Shown: piece after piece, positions 49,636 through 63,679 of the stretch
Layout: every line of letters begins with the position of its first letter
Numbering within the stretch: the first letter of the stretch is position 1
NCBI GenBank assembly: GCA_000320545.1
Contig: ADNK01002519.1
Span: 1-64,000 of the forward strand
DNA length: 64,000 nt
From: Bigelowiella natans CCMP2755
Lineage: Eukaryota > Protista > Cercozoa
Direction of reading: 5' to 3'
Position numbers and translations under genes: made by a program
The notes under the pieces: model-generated
Database searches by the model: none
What the model saw: the letters and a program-made list of their open reading frames with translations, nothing else
What the model was told of the DNA's origin: nothing

Positions 49636-52631
49636 TCAGATCGTACCAATACTACCTGCAGCAAACACACTCGCGAACATGGAGCAGAAAGCAGCAATTG
49701 AGAACTTGCTGAGCGTCACAGATATCGTAATGAGATTGCCATCTTGATGGACCCTTGTTATTCTCATCATTGGTGATGTTCTTCTACTAGCAGAATGTGC
49801 TGCTTCCCTATCACGGTTCTTTAGTCGTGCCTCTGCACGTTTTAGCCTTTGCATAACCATCTGAAGCTCTTCTGATTTATTATTATTATCACTACTATTA
49901 TTAATATTCTTCCCAGCAGAGCCGGCTGATCCCTCCCCATTACCTAATGATGCCAATGCCACCACCCCAGCAGAACCGTTTTGACCTACTACGGCTGCAG
50001 CAGGAGAACGTTGCGCTGCCTTAGCTAATTTCTGAATCTCCTGATCCTTAAGCATAATCGTCTTTTCAAGATCTTGTATACGAAATTGAAGCTTAGCCAC
50101 GATCACAGGCGAAACGCTACTTTCTCGGTCTTTGCTATCTTCTGCTCTCTTCCATTCAATGCTACTTCTCCTTCCTGGAGCAGTGTAAATCTTCATACCC
50201 AATACAGATTCTAATGACTGTAAAGTACTATCGTTGGGAGTAGTAAGAGAAGCAGCAGCAGCAGCAGTACCGGAGACAGCATGTTGCTGCTTGTTGCTGT
50301 TGTTATCAGCTACTGCCAGGTGTGAATGGCGTGCAGATGGTATGGAGGAGGAAGAGGAAGAGGAAGAGGCAGCAGAGGCATTGAATGACCCTTGTTTTTC
50401 TCCTCCTCCTCCTTTCTTGGGGTGAGAAGAAGAAGGAGGAGGAATTAATGGTAGCTGCCGTCGGGCTGGTGCTAGAAGACCTGGTCCAGAGCCCCGTATA
50501 TTATTATTATTATTTCGTCGCACTGGAGGCACAACGTTCATAGCTCTCTTATTCTTATTTTTCCTGGTATGTGATGTAGGAGTAATGAGGGAGGAGGAGG
50601 AATTTACCACCCCTCCAACTTGATTCATAGTATTACCAGAAGGTGCTGCTACGACGGGTTTCGTCGCTCCTTTTTCGTCTTGTGGTAGATTCTGCTTCTT
50701 TGGTGGAGTTGTGGTCGTCACTGCTGCTGCCTCCATCGTCGTTGTCGTAATCATCTTTTTCTCCTCTCCATCCCCCACCCCACTTTTAGATGATGATGAT
50801 GATGGCATCATTGGCCTCCTCTTCACAGCACTTTTATCGGTGGTACGAGAAGCAGGAAGGCGAGGAGCCATTGGTCTTCGCCTATTCATCATCATCATTC
50901 GAGGAGGACCAGGAAGCCGTGCTGCTGCTGGTGCTGCATTTGGTCGTGAAGAAGAAGAAGAAGATCCTCCTCCTCCAAATCCACTCACACCAGGTAATGC
51001 CCCGTATCGGCTACCAACGCTTCGTTTTGTCGCTGGCTTTGGCATCTTCATCATCATAGGAGGACGTCGTCGTTGGAGTTTACTGTTTCTTCCAGCAGGA
51101 GGAGACTGTAAGGAACCAGAAGAACTGTCATTCATGTCTTCGATGATGCGTTTTCCCGGGGTGTGCTGGGTTGTGCTCATGGTAGTTGTTGTCTGAACAT
51201 GATCTTGACTCATAAGCAGCTGAGCAGCTGCTTCATCATCATCATCATCACCGTCGTCAGCTCCTCCTCGCACTTTGCAAAGAGCATCCCATTCTAGTAA
51301 TTGTGAGGCAATATATGGAGGATGAGGCATGATACCACCGTTGTTGCCGCCATTGGAATCGTTATTGTCATCATCGTCCTCACCTGCCTCGAAGACCCAT
51401 TTACCGGTATTTTCATCAAACCATGACCCTCGTTGCTTCATATGCGCTTTGATCACCTTCTTCCCTCCAAATATCCTTGATACCCTATTCATCACCGAGG
51501 CCTCTTCTTTTCGTCTTTCTTCAGCCTCTTTGCGTTCTTCCTCCTCCTTCTTTTTTTTCTCTCTCTCTTTTCTGGCATCTTCAATGGCTTTTCTCCGTTG
51601 TCTATCCTTCTTATCGTAGCTCTCCCAAGATCTTACAAGGCCAAGAGCACGTCCATATGCCTTTTTAATCTCATTGTCTGCTTTAGCCGCTTTTAGCGCC
51701 ATTTTCCTATATCCTGTTGCTTTTTTCTCTGCCTCAATTGCACGAGACTCTGCTGCATCTTTTGATCCAGAGAGTTTCTTGATTATCTCATCTTTCATAT
51801 TCAGTACATCGCTGCTCTGGTCAATTTCTTTCAGCTTTGATTGTAGCTGAGACATCTCTTCTTTCATCTTCTTCGATTCCTCTGCAGCTTCCCTTTCCTT
51901 ATCTCGAGCCTCCCTTTCTTTACCCTTGGCCTCTTCTAAGAGTTTCTCTATCTTCTCCTTCATACTGGTGGCTGCTTGAAGCTCCTCTTGGATTTTCAAC
52001 TCTCCTTTCTTGATGTCGTCTATATGTGTTTGCATCTTTTCACGTTCCGCTTTCCATTCCGCTTCTTTCTTGCTAAACTCAGCGCTAATCGTCGTCAATT
52101 TAGATTCCAGTATTGCTGACGATGATGAAGGTTTGTTTTTACTGTCACCATCGGCATCATCATGATCATCGTCATCAGCAGCATGATTCTTAGGCTCTTC
52201 AGGAATGTCATCATAGTCGTCCAGCCCTGGAACACCCCCACCCTCCATACTCGATAATAACAGAGATTTTTGTGATGGTATTAGCTTTGGTGGTTGTTGA
52301 TGGTCCTTTTCCTCGTTTTCGTCCTGGTTCTTCGAGGAGGAAGAAGGAGAGGAGGAAAGAAGCTGCTGCTTTTCTTCTCCTTCCTCCCCACCTTCCATTT
52401 GAGACAAAATGATCGATTGCGATCGAACGGGAACAGGTGGCAACACTGCTGCAGTCTTGGAATCCTCCTTTGCCATCGTCACCATCTCCTTCTTTGCATC
52501 ATTCTTGTCTTTGGAAAGGATGGATTTAATGAGAAGTGAGCGATTATTACGATGCCCTTCATTAGCCATTGCCATCACCATGCTGGAGTGTGCGTGTGAT
52601 GCTGCTTCCTTCTCTGATCTGCGATTCATTG

Positions 52632-52666
<35 letters not shown>

Positions 52667-55600
52667 ATTGTTGCATAAATTAAATGCGATATTAACGTTG
52701 TTATTTCTCGCTACTAAGTAACTAACTGCGTTGTTGTTGATGACGATGGTGAGCGACATACTATCACTACCTTATCTTGGAAAGTTCAAGAGAAAGCTTT
52801 TTGTTCTCCTCCACTGCACTCTTTAGCTGTTCTTGCATCAGGGCTGCTTTCGATCGAAGATTCTTTATGATTAAATCTTCATTGTTTGATCCGCTTGCAA
52901 CTCCTCTTACCCCCCCTTGTGGTAGTGGTGCTTGATTTAGCCTTCGACTTCTTGGTGGTGGTGTTCTCGGTGCTGCGCTTATGGTTGACAATGGCTTTGA
53001 TGATAATGATGATGATGATGATGGTGATGGTAGTAGAGTCGATGATGATGCAGCTTCAGCCACCTTCAATCTTGCGAGAGCTGTCTTTAGTCGTGCTTGC
53101 AATTTTGTTGCTATTTTCTTGTATTTCTGAGTTTTTTCTATTGTTGAAGCCAGCTTTGCACTCAATTCTTTAGTCAAATCGGTTGACGAGGAAGGGGAGG
53201 GCACGTCTTGGATGGCATTATCGTTCTCCTTTTTCTTCTTCAACTCCTCTAGAAGGTCTTCTAGCCTGCTTTTCTGGGCTTTCGCAGCTTCAAGCTGTGA
53301 TTCCATATCTGCATATCGCTTCACTTTTTCTTCAAGCTCACCTTTGTACTTATTTTTCATCATTTCCACTTCCTCCTTATGCAGCTTTTGTGCTGCGCTT
53401 GTGGAAGATTCTAGTTCCTTTATCTTGGTCTGCAAGTCTGAGAGCCTGTCGTCAGCTTGAGCGCTTAGTTCTGTAACTTTGGCTTCCAATTGCAACTTAT
53501 GCTCTTCCCTCTGCTCTTTGAGTTTTCGCTCGAAATCAGAAGCAGCAGCAGCAGCCGCCAATTTCTCGCTCTTCTCCTGGTCCTCCTCCTCTTTTTTCAA
53601 AGTTATCTGAGCGATGTCTTTCTCTAGCTTTTTGCAGTGCAGCTCAAACTTAAGCGAAGACTTTCTCGATTCGTCGAGTTGCTTTGATACTGCTTCGTGT
53701 TGAGTTTTGTGAAGATTCAGCATGCTCTGAAGCTCGCTTATCTTCCCTTCAAGCTGGGCTGCATTTTCTTCGGTGATTTTCTTGGATTCTTCTGATGCCG
53801 TCTCCTCTTTTTCTTTTTTGTTCTTGAGCTCCAGTAATTGAGATTTGTGCTCCTCAATCTCCTTTTCTTTTTCGTTCTTGAGCTCCAATAATTGAGACTT
53901 GTGTTCCTCTATATCTTCCACCTGTTTCTTAACTGTAGTTCGCATTTCATCCGCTTCTTTCTTCAAGCGTTCCATGTCAGCTTTGGTAGAATGAAGGGCA
54001 TTCTCCATCCTGGAATGCTCACCTGTCAATTCGGTATTCTTTTCCTCTATTTCCTCACAAGCAGCCTCTGCCTCACGAAGCTCTTCTTCCAACACTTTAA
54101 ACTCATCATTGCGTTGTTTCAGCTTTTCTGTCAACTCTTTCACAGATGTTTCTTTGTCGTTAGACGCATCCTCGAGCTTCTTTTGGTAATCTTTAGCTAC
54201 TTCTTCGAGCTTGGCATCTTTCTCCTCGCTCTTCTCCTTTGCTTCCTTTAATTTCGACTCCAACTCTTTAATTCGATCTCCAAGTACGGTATCTTCTTCC
54301 ACTTTCTTCGTTTTTTGCTCAGCAAGCTTTTCCTCCAAGCTCTTTACTTCTTTAGAAAGACCTTCCACTTTCACTTCAATTGCAGCTTTGTTTGCTAGCT
54401 CTTGATCAAGCTTGAGCTGCACTGCCGACTTATCTTCAGCTACTCCTCTCATTTTTTGTTCCAAGTTTTGGTTGCTCTTTGACAAGTCTTCTATTTTTTG
54501 CTCCAAATCCTCTTTATTTTTCAAGAACTCCTCCTTACTCTGCTCATATTCCTGCTTAATTTTCAAAACTTTCGTCTTGTTTTCAGCTTGTTGTTTCACA
54601 GTCTCCTCAATCTTGTCCTTCTGCATTTGAAGTTCATCTTCAAGCTGTTTAATTTTCTGTTCCCCTGATGAAACCTTCTCATTAGCAGCTTTGGTCTTTT
54701 GCATATATGCTTGAAGCGCGGTTTTAAGCTTTTTAGTCAGTGCCGTTGCCGCAGCATTCTTACGAGAGAGCGCTTGTTCTCCCTGACGAGCTTCTTTAAT
54801 CTTAACTACAGCTACTTTGAGTCTTTTCATCAGCTCTTGAACTTGATTCATTTTTTTAGAATTGTCAGTTTCCAATGTGGCTAGTTTTCCCTGAATTTGT
54901 TTGAGATTCGACGCAGCCTGTTCATATTCTCGTGCACTTGATCGGGCGATCTGCTCAAGGCTCATCATTTGCCATGAGGAAACATCGTTACCAGGTATAC
55001 TTTTTGCAGATTCTAATAAATACGCACGTGCTCTATTAGCGGCTGCTAGTTCCTTCTGCAATCCCTCCATCTTTCCCTTTAAATGCAAATTCTCCCCTTT
55101 AACGTTTGACAGATCATTTCCCCATTTTTCTGATCTCTCTTGAAGTGTTGTAAGAAGCTTGTTCGTGTCCTCAGCAGCTTTCTTCGACTGGTTCGCATCG
55201 TGATTCAGCTGTTGATGCTTTAATTCCATAGCCTCCAACCGTTTTTTCAAGGTTTCATTCAGAGCACGAAGCTCCTGTGCACCGGCCTTCGACTGGTTGG
55301 CATCGTGATTCAGCTGTTGATGCTTTAAATTCAAGGCCTCTAACTGTTTATTTAAGGTTACATTCAGAGCACGAAGCTCCTGTGCACCTGCATTTACGGC
55401 TCGGATCTCTTCACTAGCGGATTGAAGCTGTTGCTCTTTCTCCATACACTCTCTTTGAGATTGATTTAGTTTGGCCCCGAGGTCTTGTGAAACCGCATTT
55501 ACTCTCTCCATATTTGATTTCAACTCTTGTTCATGATTAGCGGATTGCGCAGCAAGTTTAGCCCGCAATTCCTCAGCTGTTTTGCTGGACTGTTCCGCCT

Positions 55601-58600
55601 TGACTTTCAGTTCATCGCTGGTCTTATTGGAAACTTCAAGTCTCTCCTCTGTGTGTTTCAGCATTTGAGATAGAGTCGTTACGTTAGTTCTAGTCTGTTG
55701 CAGCTGATGACGAAAACTATCAGTTTCCTGTTGGTGTTCAACACTCATCTGATCCTTCGATGACTTTAGCTGCTGAATCTCTCCTGTAAGTCGCTTGATG
55801 CGTTCTTGGAGGGAATTGGTATTGGCAGCATACTGTTGCACTTGTGTCTGTAGATTATGAGAGGCCTCAACCTCCTTTCCCATACGATTTATTTGATCTT
55901 GACTACTTCGAAGATGCGCCTGAAGCTCTACTACTTTAGCTTCCGATTGTTTCTGTGCTTCAACTTTAGCACAAAGTTGTTGGATTTCTTTACTTTGTTC
56001 CTCGTATCGCCCTTCCAGTGACCTTTTCACTGCATTTAAATTCTGCATTTCGATTTTGAGAGCTTGGTTTTCGCTTTCTAAAGCCTTTGATGATTCCATG
56101 AATGACTCAGAGCGTTCTAGTTTGGCCTTGAAATGTGCTACAACTTGTTGAGCTTTGACAGCATTCGCACGCAAAGCTGTGTACTTGGTTTGGAGGTTGT
56201 TGTATCCCGTCTTCATATTTTGGTGAGCTCCATGCAGCATTTTGTATTGCTCTACGATCTTCTTGAATCTGTCGCGGAAAGATGAGTTTTCTTGCCTTGA
56301 TTTCGTCAATTCAGAGAGTTGAGTCTGGTACTGTTGATTCACGGTGCTTAGCTGTGTCGCCTTTTCTTGAAGTTCAGAATGCATTTTCTCTAATCGATTG
56401 TCGTATTCTTGTCGTAAACTTGAAAGATCTTTGGCATGTTTCTCTTCGATCACATCAATATTCTGCTTAGTCTGAAACTCATTCTGGAGCTTTTGTATTT
56501 CCGCATCGTATTCCTGACGCAAACTTGCTAAATCGTTGGCGTGTTGTTGCTGAGTCTCATCGAATCGTTCTTCGTGCCGTTTTTTCATCTCTTCGGCCTT
56601 CTTCTCGCTCATCGTATGATTCTGCTCCATCACACTTCTGAGGGAGATTTGCTCTTGTTTCATCTGTTCAATAACTTCATCCTTTTCCCTTATCGATGTG
56701 GTGGTCTTTTCCTTGTTCTCCTTGATGTAATTTTCAAGTTCTACTAGCTTCTCTTTGAGCACAGAGTTTTCGCTAGAAGACATGTCCTTGAGCAATCGAT
56801 CCTTTTCTTGTATTTTTTCCATCAACGTTTGGCGCTCATATGCCGTTTTATCTCCGTTTTCTTGCAATAATCGATCCTTCTGATACAGGATTTTCTCCAT
56901 CTCCTTCAGCTGATCTTCCTGCTGCTTGCACTTATTCATCAACTGCTGCTGCTGTGCAGCTTCCTCTTGTGTACTACTTCTCTGCTGTGTAGCTGCTGTA
57001 ACGAGCTGATCTTTCAAGTCTTGCACAGTCAACTTATGTTCCTTGTCCATGCGTTCAATCTGGGAATGAGCTTTTTCGAGTTCCAGCCGCAACACTTCTA
57101 TTCGAGAGGCTTCGGTAGCAGCTTCTTCTATCTCTCTGGCGAATGGCGAAGAAGCAACAGTCACAGCAGTCGTAGCAGTACCAGTAGCGGGGGGGCTTGT
57201 CTTTCTCGAATCTACGGGAGGAGAATGGTAGGGTCAATACAAACAGATAACAGTTTCAAATCGAGGCAGCATCTTCTATGCTTTGTCTTCTTATTATACC
57301 ACATTTGGTTTGGCATTCAAATTGGATTGTTCGCACACTGTGTTTGGCCCCCACCCAGGATGATCACAAATCAAATGGAGGTGAGAAATCATATGCAACG
57401 GTTGAAACGAATGGTGCGGCATGAAATCGTCGTCGTTATTTCTTTCGTGACTCATCATACCGCGACTAATGCCGTTTTCCCCTTCACCAGCCTGTGGAGT
57501 TTTGTTCTTTGCCATCGTGTTTTCCTGCTCGTTACTCTCGTTGTTTACATCGCCTCCGTTCTCCGATGAGACGCCATTCCTTATCCTATCCTCAACCTTT
57601 TCTTCCTCTTCTTTTCTTTTGATATCATCCCCTCCTTGTTTCTTCTCTGAAGAAGAAAAAGCAACCAATAGAATGATGAAATGTTCACTGCAAAATGGCG
57701 GTCGCCAGAAGAGGAGCCAAAATAAGAACAGAACTTCGCCACATGGCATATAAATGAAGAAAGGTAGCGGCCATTTTTCAACCAATACTATGGAAACGGG
57801 GTATTGATAATAATGACATACCGTTTGTCACTTTCGATGATTTTTCAAAATCAGTGTGTAACTTTTCCAATGCTCTTAATTGCTTTGGAACAGGAGGAGG
57901 GGGGGGGGGAGCTGCTTTCGCCACGCTATCTTTTACCACCTATAATTGTACAATGATAGCCACATATAATGTCACTGACGCTGTTGCGAAATATACTATT
58001 ATATGAATGTCTTTATTCTAACATTAGCTAAACGAGTACTCACATGAGTAGCGGTCTCAGAGCCGTCAAGAATTGCATCAAACTCGTTCATCATGCCCTC
58101 TGATCCGTTCCCACCCATAATCCAGGAGAATAAATCAGATCCTTTTGCTTCCTGCTTAAAATAAAGTATACATGTCACATTCGGTAAAAGTAATGACATT
58201 TAAATTCTGTCACCGAATCAGCCCGCGAATCCATGGCTCCATTTGTATTTGGCTGCGATTAGGTTCACAATATTAAGAACCATCATCCATAAACTTGGTG
58301 TCTCGTGTCGTGACTGACCTTCTCACCGGAGACTTCGCCTTTATGATTGCCTTTGTTTTCTGGAGACTACGTATCGACATTATATTATTCGAATTGAATT
58401 TATTGAGTAGCATGAGAAACACAAGAAGCGTGACATGTATACCTTGGTAGGATCCCCTCCGCAGGTTGGGCATGGAGCTGATTTATATCAGTATTGTAAA
58501 CTGTTAATCTTGTAAACCAAATTCTTTAATATATACCTTCTCTTCCACTTCCGGAAGCAAAGGCTTGATACCCAACCCAGCATGTGTCGTGCAGTTGAGC

Positions 58601-59158
58601 TGAAATATAAACGCAAAATCAGAGGTAATTTGGAAATCCGAATATTTTCACACCTCCGCAGCATAAATTAATCCGCGCATCCTTTCCAACTGGTTGCTGG
58701 CAAAGAGCACAAAGCACCATATCTCCGCGTCGCTGCAAAAGTAAGATTAATGAATGATTTTAAGTTCAAATCCAGCAAGGGGGGGGGGGGGGTAGGTCGT
58801 ACACTAACCCATGTAAAGTTTCCCTATTATTTTTAGTGACTACCATTCCTATCTATGTGTTGTCGCTTCTTTATTATCTAGAGTATAAACCCTCCAACCC
58901 ATACTCTCCCAGCCGTCGACCTTGCCAAGGGCGGTGGTGATGTCAGAAAGAAGCTGTGCGCGGTGGTGGGTCTGATGTCTGATGTCACCGTTGTTGTCTT
59001 GAAAGCACGATGGAAGCGGAACACAGACAGTCTTGAGAGACTCTCGAGAGACTATTTGGAGATCCAATTAGACAAAGACCTTCTTTGCTAGGTAGATCTA
59101 CGAGTAATGTTTTGGACTTTTTCCCATCGGTAAAACCTCTATGTAAATTGACAGACAT
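49636..59158 (-). CDS. Very large (>2500 aa) protein: N-terminal RING-like finger, long coiled coil, Pro/Ser-rich C-terminus
   Basis: Large exons from ORFs 52767-57164 and 49636-52665 (heptad-rich E/K/Q/L). Small upstream GT-AG exons join in frame to give CALC-x12-CC-GAQLH-DTC-x16-CPTC (58442-58732). Start (ATG ~59158) and linkage of all exons are inferred. Confidence 0.7.
55180..55390 (-). repeat. Coding tandem repeat, 105-nt (35-aa) unit x2
   Basis: GAQELRALNxTLxKxLEAxxLKHQQLNHDANQSK twice; a second 54-nt duplication (IEEHKSQLLELKN) at ~53817-53918. Confidence 0.9.
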
Positions 59159-59663
59159 GCACGAGTGATTTTCAATCTACTGTTGTACTTTTTCTTTCGG
59201 TGATGATGCGGGACTGGAAACTGCGCGCATTTTCGGACTGGCTCCGTATCGCAAGTGCAAATTACGATAATTCCCAGATACATGCGAAAGATGTTGTCGC
59301 TATTGTAAACTATCCTACACTTTTGAAATACGAAAGGGCTTACTTATTACTGCTGTGCGACGGAAATCAAAGTAGGTAGGTAGTAGGTCGCGAAGGATGG
59401 GGATAGGATAAAGCATTGTACGAAAGAAGAAAAAGGGAGAATGAAGTAGTAGCATGGGAAGATTCAATCTCTATCCTACGTGTTAATCTTATTCGAATTT
59501 TGCATTCGTGGCCGTCATCGGAGAACACAGTTTTGAAGATAATCCCACACAGGACATTTCTACTTCAAACTTCGTTCGATTGACCTTCCCTAATTTTTCA
59601 AAAGCAACGTAACTCGGAGCCAAACGAAGTTCAGTTCAGTTGGAGTTGCTGATAAAAAGCAGC

Positions 59664-62509
59664 ATGAGCGGACGGAAGCCTCCACTGGGCGATATCAAAG
59701 AGCATCCAGCAGAAGTCACAGCTCCAAGAGGATGCGTAGGCGAGAAGATTATTGACAAGATCAAGCGCTCTATCAAGGAGGAACGAACCTTCTTTTCTTT
59801 TGAATACTTCCCTCCGAAAACCGAGGCCGGGGTGAGATTTCTTGTTTTCCTCTAACTCTCTCAAACTGGTTCTTCGGAGGCGATACTAACTACCCGATTT
59901 TCTGCAGGTTATGAACTTATACAATCGTATTGATCGAATGGTTGCGAAATTCGAGCCATTGTTCGTCGATGTCACTTGGGGAGCAGGAGGATCCACAGCC
60001 AAACTCACTCTAGAGATTTCGAGGAATGCTCAAAACTACTGTGCGACGGATGTGTTGATGCATTTAACGTGTACCAATATGCCTCGTGATAGCGTCAAGG
60101 TAGCATACCCTTTCTGATAATAACTGGCAGTGTGTAGATATAGATATTGAATAAAGAGAACCTTGGATCCTTCACAGGATGCATTAGATAAAGCAAAGGA
60201 AGCTGGCATTCGAAATATCCTGGCCCTTCGAGGAGATGCTCCTTTGGGTAAAGAAACATGGGAGCAGGTTGTAGCTTGAGATGATGATGATGAAGAAGAA
60301 GAAGAAGAAGAAGGAGAAAGTGATATTTATGATGATATCAATCAGTCGGTTGGCTAGCCAAAAAATAATTTTGAAGTTTTTGAAGTTAATTGTTATTCTG
60401 TACGATTAGTGCGATGAGGGCTTCGCTCATGCAATAGACCTTGTGAAGTTCATTCGACAAGAATACGGGTATTGTTAACTGCACAGAACATCATGTAGTG
60501 GTCGATACTAAGACACATACTCATTTTTTAGGGACTACTTTGGAATTGCAGTTGCTGGATATCCAGAAGGGCACATCTCATCCCCAAACTTGGACGAAGA
60601 TATCAAACATCTGAAACTGAAGGTCGCTGGCGCCGTTGCATACGTTTTAAAACCCAAACTCCTACCCCTCTCTCTCTCCTTACCCAGGCACATAAGAAAT
60701 ACCATAAATGTGTCTTCTTATGTTCGTCTAGATATTGATGATATTGCTGTTCTGAATGAGGACGTTCCATGCACGACACACATCTAGACATACCTTCGAT
60801 CCACTTCACTCAATATAAATTGAATTAGAATAGAGAAACATGAATCCGGACAAGAGTCCTTCTTATCATTGATCAGATTTTTATTCTATACCACGTGGGT
60901 GTCAGGTTGAAGCTGGAGCAGATTTCATCATGACGCAGTTGTTCTACGATGTTGACTTATTCCTAGAATTCGTTCAGAGGTGTCGAAAAGCTGGTATTAC
61001 AGTTCCAATCCTTCCGGGTGTTATGCCAATTAGCAGCTACAACGCCTTCAAGCGCATGATTGCATTCACAAAAGCGAGTGTGCCTAAGCACGTACACGAT
61101 GCGTTAGAGCCAATTAAGAACAATGACGCTATGGTGAAGGCTTTTGGAATCGAACTTGGCATTAAGATGTTGAAAAAGATCCTTGCCAGTGGCGTACCTG
61201 GGTTTCACTTCTACACCCTGAACCTCGAGAAATCGGTCACAAAGGTATGTAGTAGTAATAAGATACCTATTATCTATTGACTTAATCCTCTACACCTTGT
61301 TTTGTTATGATTGTTAGTCGGCGGGCAATGTCGTTGTTACAGTTGTGATTGATGTTTTTTATCTTCGGCAAGGAAGCACTTGTGTTCCTTTTGTAAGAAG
61401 AGTTAATAATCCCTTTTCACCACCACCATCTATCATAGATTCTTGCTGGTCTTGGACTTGCTAGTTTACCTAAGAGAGGAAAGAGAGCTTTGCCGTGGAA
61501 GCGTTCGTGTGCAACAAGGCGACAGAAAGAAGATGTCAGGCCCATTTTCTGGGCTAACAGGCCGTACAGCTACCTTTCAAGGACAATATCGTGGGACGAG
61601 TTTCCAAACGGGTCTATTTTATTATATATGTGTATGCACGTACGTAGTATAATGTTTGCTGATGCTGATGTTCTCGACGATGGTGATGTTGATGTTGTTG
61701 ATGATGATGATAGGAGGATTCATATTCAACGCTATTGAATCCCCACAAACAAGCTTACTTCTTCCCTTTTCAGACGATGGGGCAACTCAACGTCCCCTGC
61801 CTATGGTGAGCTTTATGACTATCATCTTATGGGATTAAAGGTTTGTTATGTCTATCACTGTAATACTGTCATGTGTGAGGATAACGATGATGAGGAGGAG
61901 CGAAAGGATGCCTACTCGTCTTTAGTATTAATGCACACAGTAAGTAAGTAGTTACTCGTTTGAAATATTAGGCTGCAAGTTCACGCGATAGATTAAGGAT
62001 GTGGGGTTCGGAACTCAAGAGTCAAGAGGATGTGTTCAGCAAGTCAGTAGTAGTAGTAGCAGTGGTAGTAGTAGTAAGTGGTAGTAATAAGTGGTAGAGG
62101 AACCAAGTCACAAGGGAATTTTGGTGCTGCTCCTATTTCCCTCTCCCCTCTTTTATCCTCCCTTCTAATCCATCAAGAACTCTACTGTTAAGTTGCTCTG
62201 CGTGATGACGACAACGATAACGATGATGATAGTGGTGGTGGTAATGTTGACGATGATCATGATGAAGGTTCCTGCAAATATTGAATTCTTTTCTCCTGCC
62301 CTGTTCTTCTCCCTCCTTATGTAGATTTGCAGATTACATCAATGGAAAGATACCTCGACTTCCGTGGTGTGAGACAGGAATCCAGCTAGAAACACTTCCG
62401 TTGAAGAAAAGGCTACTCAACATCAACACTTGTGGCTTTCTCACAATCAACAGTCAGCCTCGTGTCAATGGCGCAAGATCCGACGATAAGGTCCATTTTT
62501 CTCCTCCCC

Positions 62510-62573
<64 letters not shown>

Positions 62574-63518
62574 TTCTCTCTCTCTCTGTGTGTGTGTAGA
62601 GCGAAAACGGATTTGAGAGGAGAAAGTATTGAAAGTTTGGATAATACTTACTTCCACGATGGTCTCTTTACAGGTAGTAGGATGGGGGCCTGTGAACGGT
62701 TACGTCTATCAAAAAGCCTACATTGAGTTTTTTGCAAGCCCAAGTAGAATCAAGGCACTCGAAAGATTGGCACAGAAAAAGGAGTATGCAACGATATCGT
62801 ATCATGCGGTTACTGTGGACGGAAAACAATTGTCCAATTATGCTGACGAGAACAGCGTAAATGCTGTGACATGGGTAGTACCAATCCTCTCTCCTAATCT
62901 GAGTTGTAATAGTTCATAATATATACGATCCATGTCGTTGTGTATGATGTGCCAACACGCAGCACCTAATACTAGACAAAAAATCACATTTTATAACTTG
63001 TTGTGTTTTATCATCATCAGGGAGTATTTCCAGGTAGCGAGATTGTGCAGCCGACTGTAGTTGATATGGGAAGCTTCCGCGTTTGGAAGGTCACTAGAAT
63101 ATATAAATCTTACTAATTACAGAAACTTAAGTAGTTAAAATTGTCTAATAGGTCCATTCTCTCTGTAACCTTCTACGTATCAGCATAACATACCCCCCCC
63201 TCCCCTCTCCCCTTCTTTCACATACCCTGCTATTATCTTTCCACCTACCAGGATGAGGCCTTTGCACTTTGGATATCTCAATGGCGTGCAGTTTACCCGC
63301 CTGGAAGCAAATCTCGAGAAGTCATTCAAGAAATCCACAACACCTATTATCTCTGTAATGTTGTTGAAAATGATTTTGTGAATGGTGATCTGGCGAAGTT
63401 TATGGATGAGCTGGCAGATACTGTCAAGAATGAGAAGCAGAGTGGTGCTGCAGTCCAAGATTCAAATAGTGGAAGTGATGATGGTGTTAGCAACGGCAAA
63501 GACGATTGTAAAGAATGA
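59664..63518 (+). CDS. MTHFR: Methylenetetrahydrofolate reductase, eukaryotic type with C-terminal regulatory domain
   Basis: [113 protein letters not shown]; stop at 63518. Confidence 0.96.
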
Positions 63519-63679
63519 TGAACACGATCAATAAGGTGCGATACCCAACTCGTCGTTTGCTTCCTTACGGTTTACGACTCTAACTCTTGATAGTGTCTTT
63601 AAATCGCTATTTCATCTCACCACTGCAATCGTCGTCCAATGGATGTATTTGTGGCTGAAATGTCCAAAATTCTATGTCA

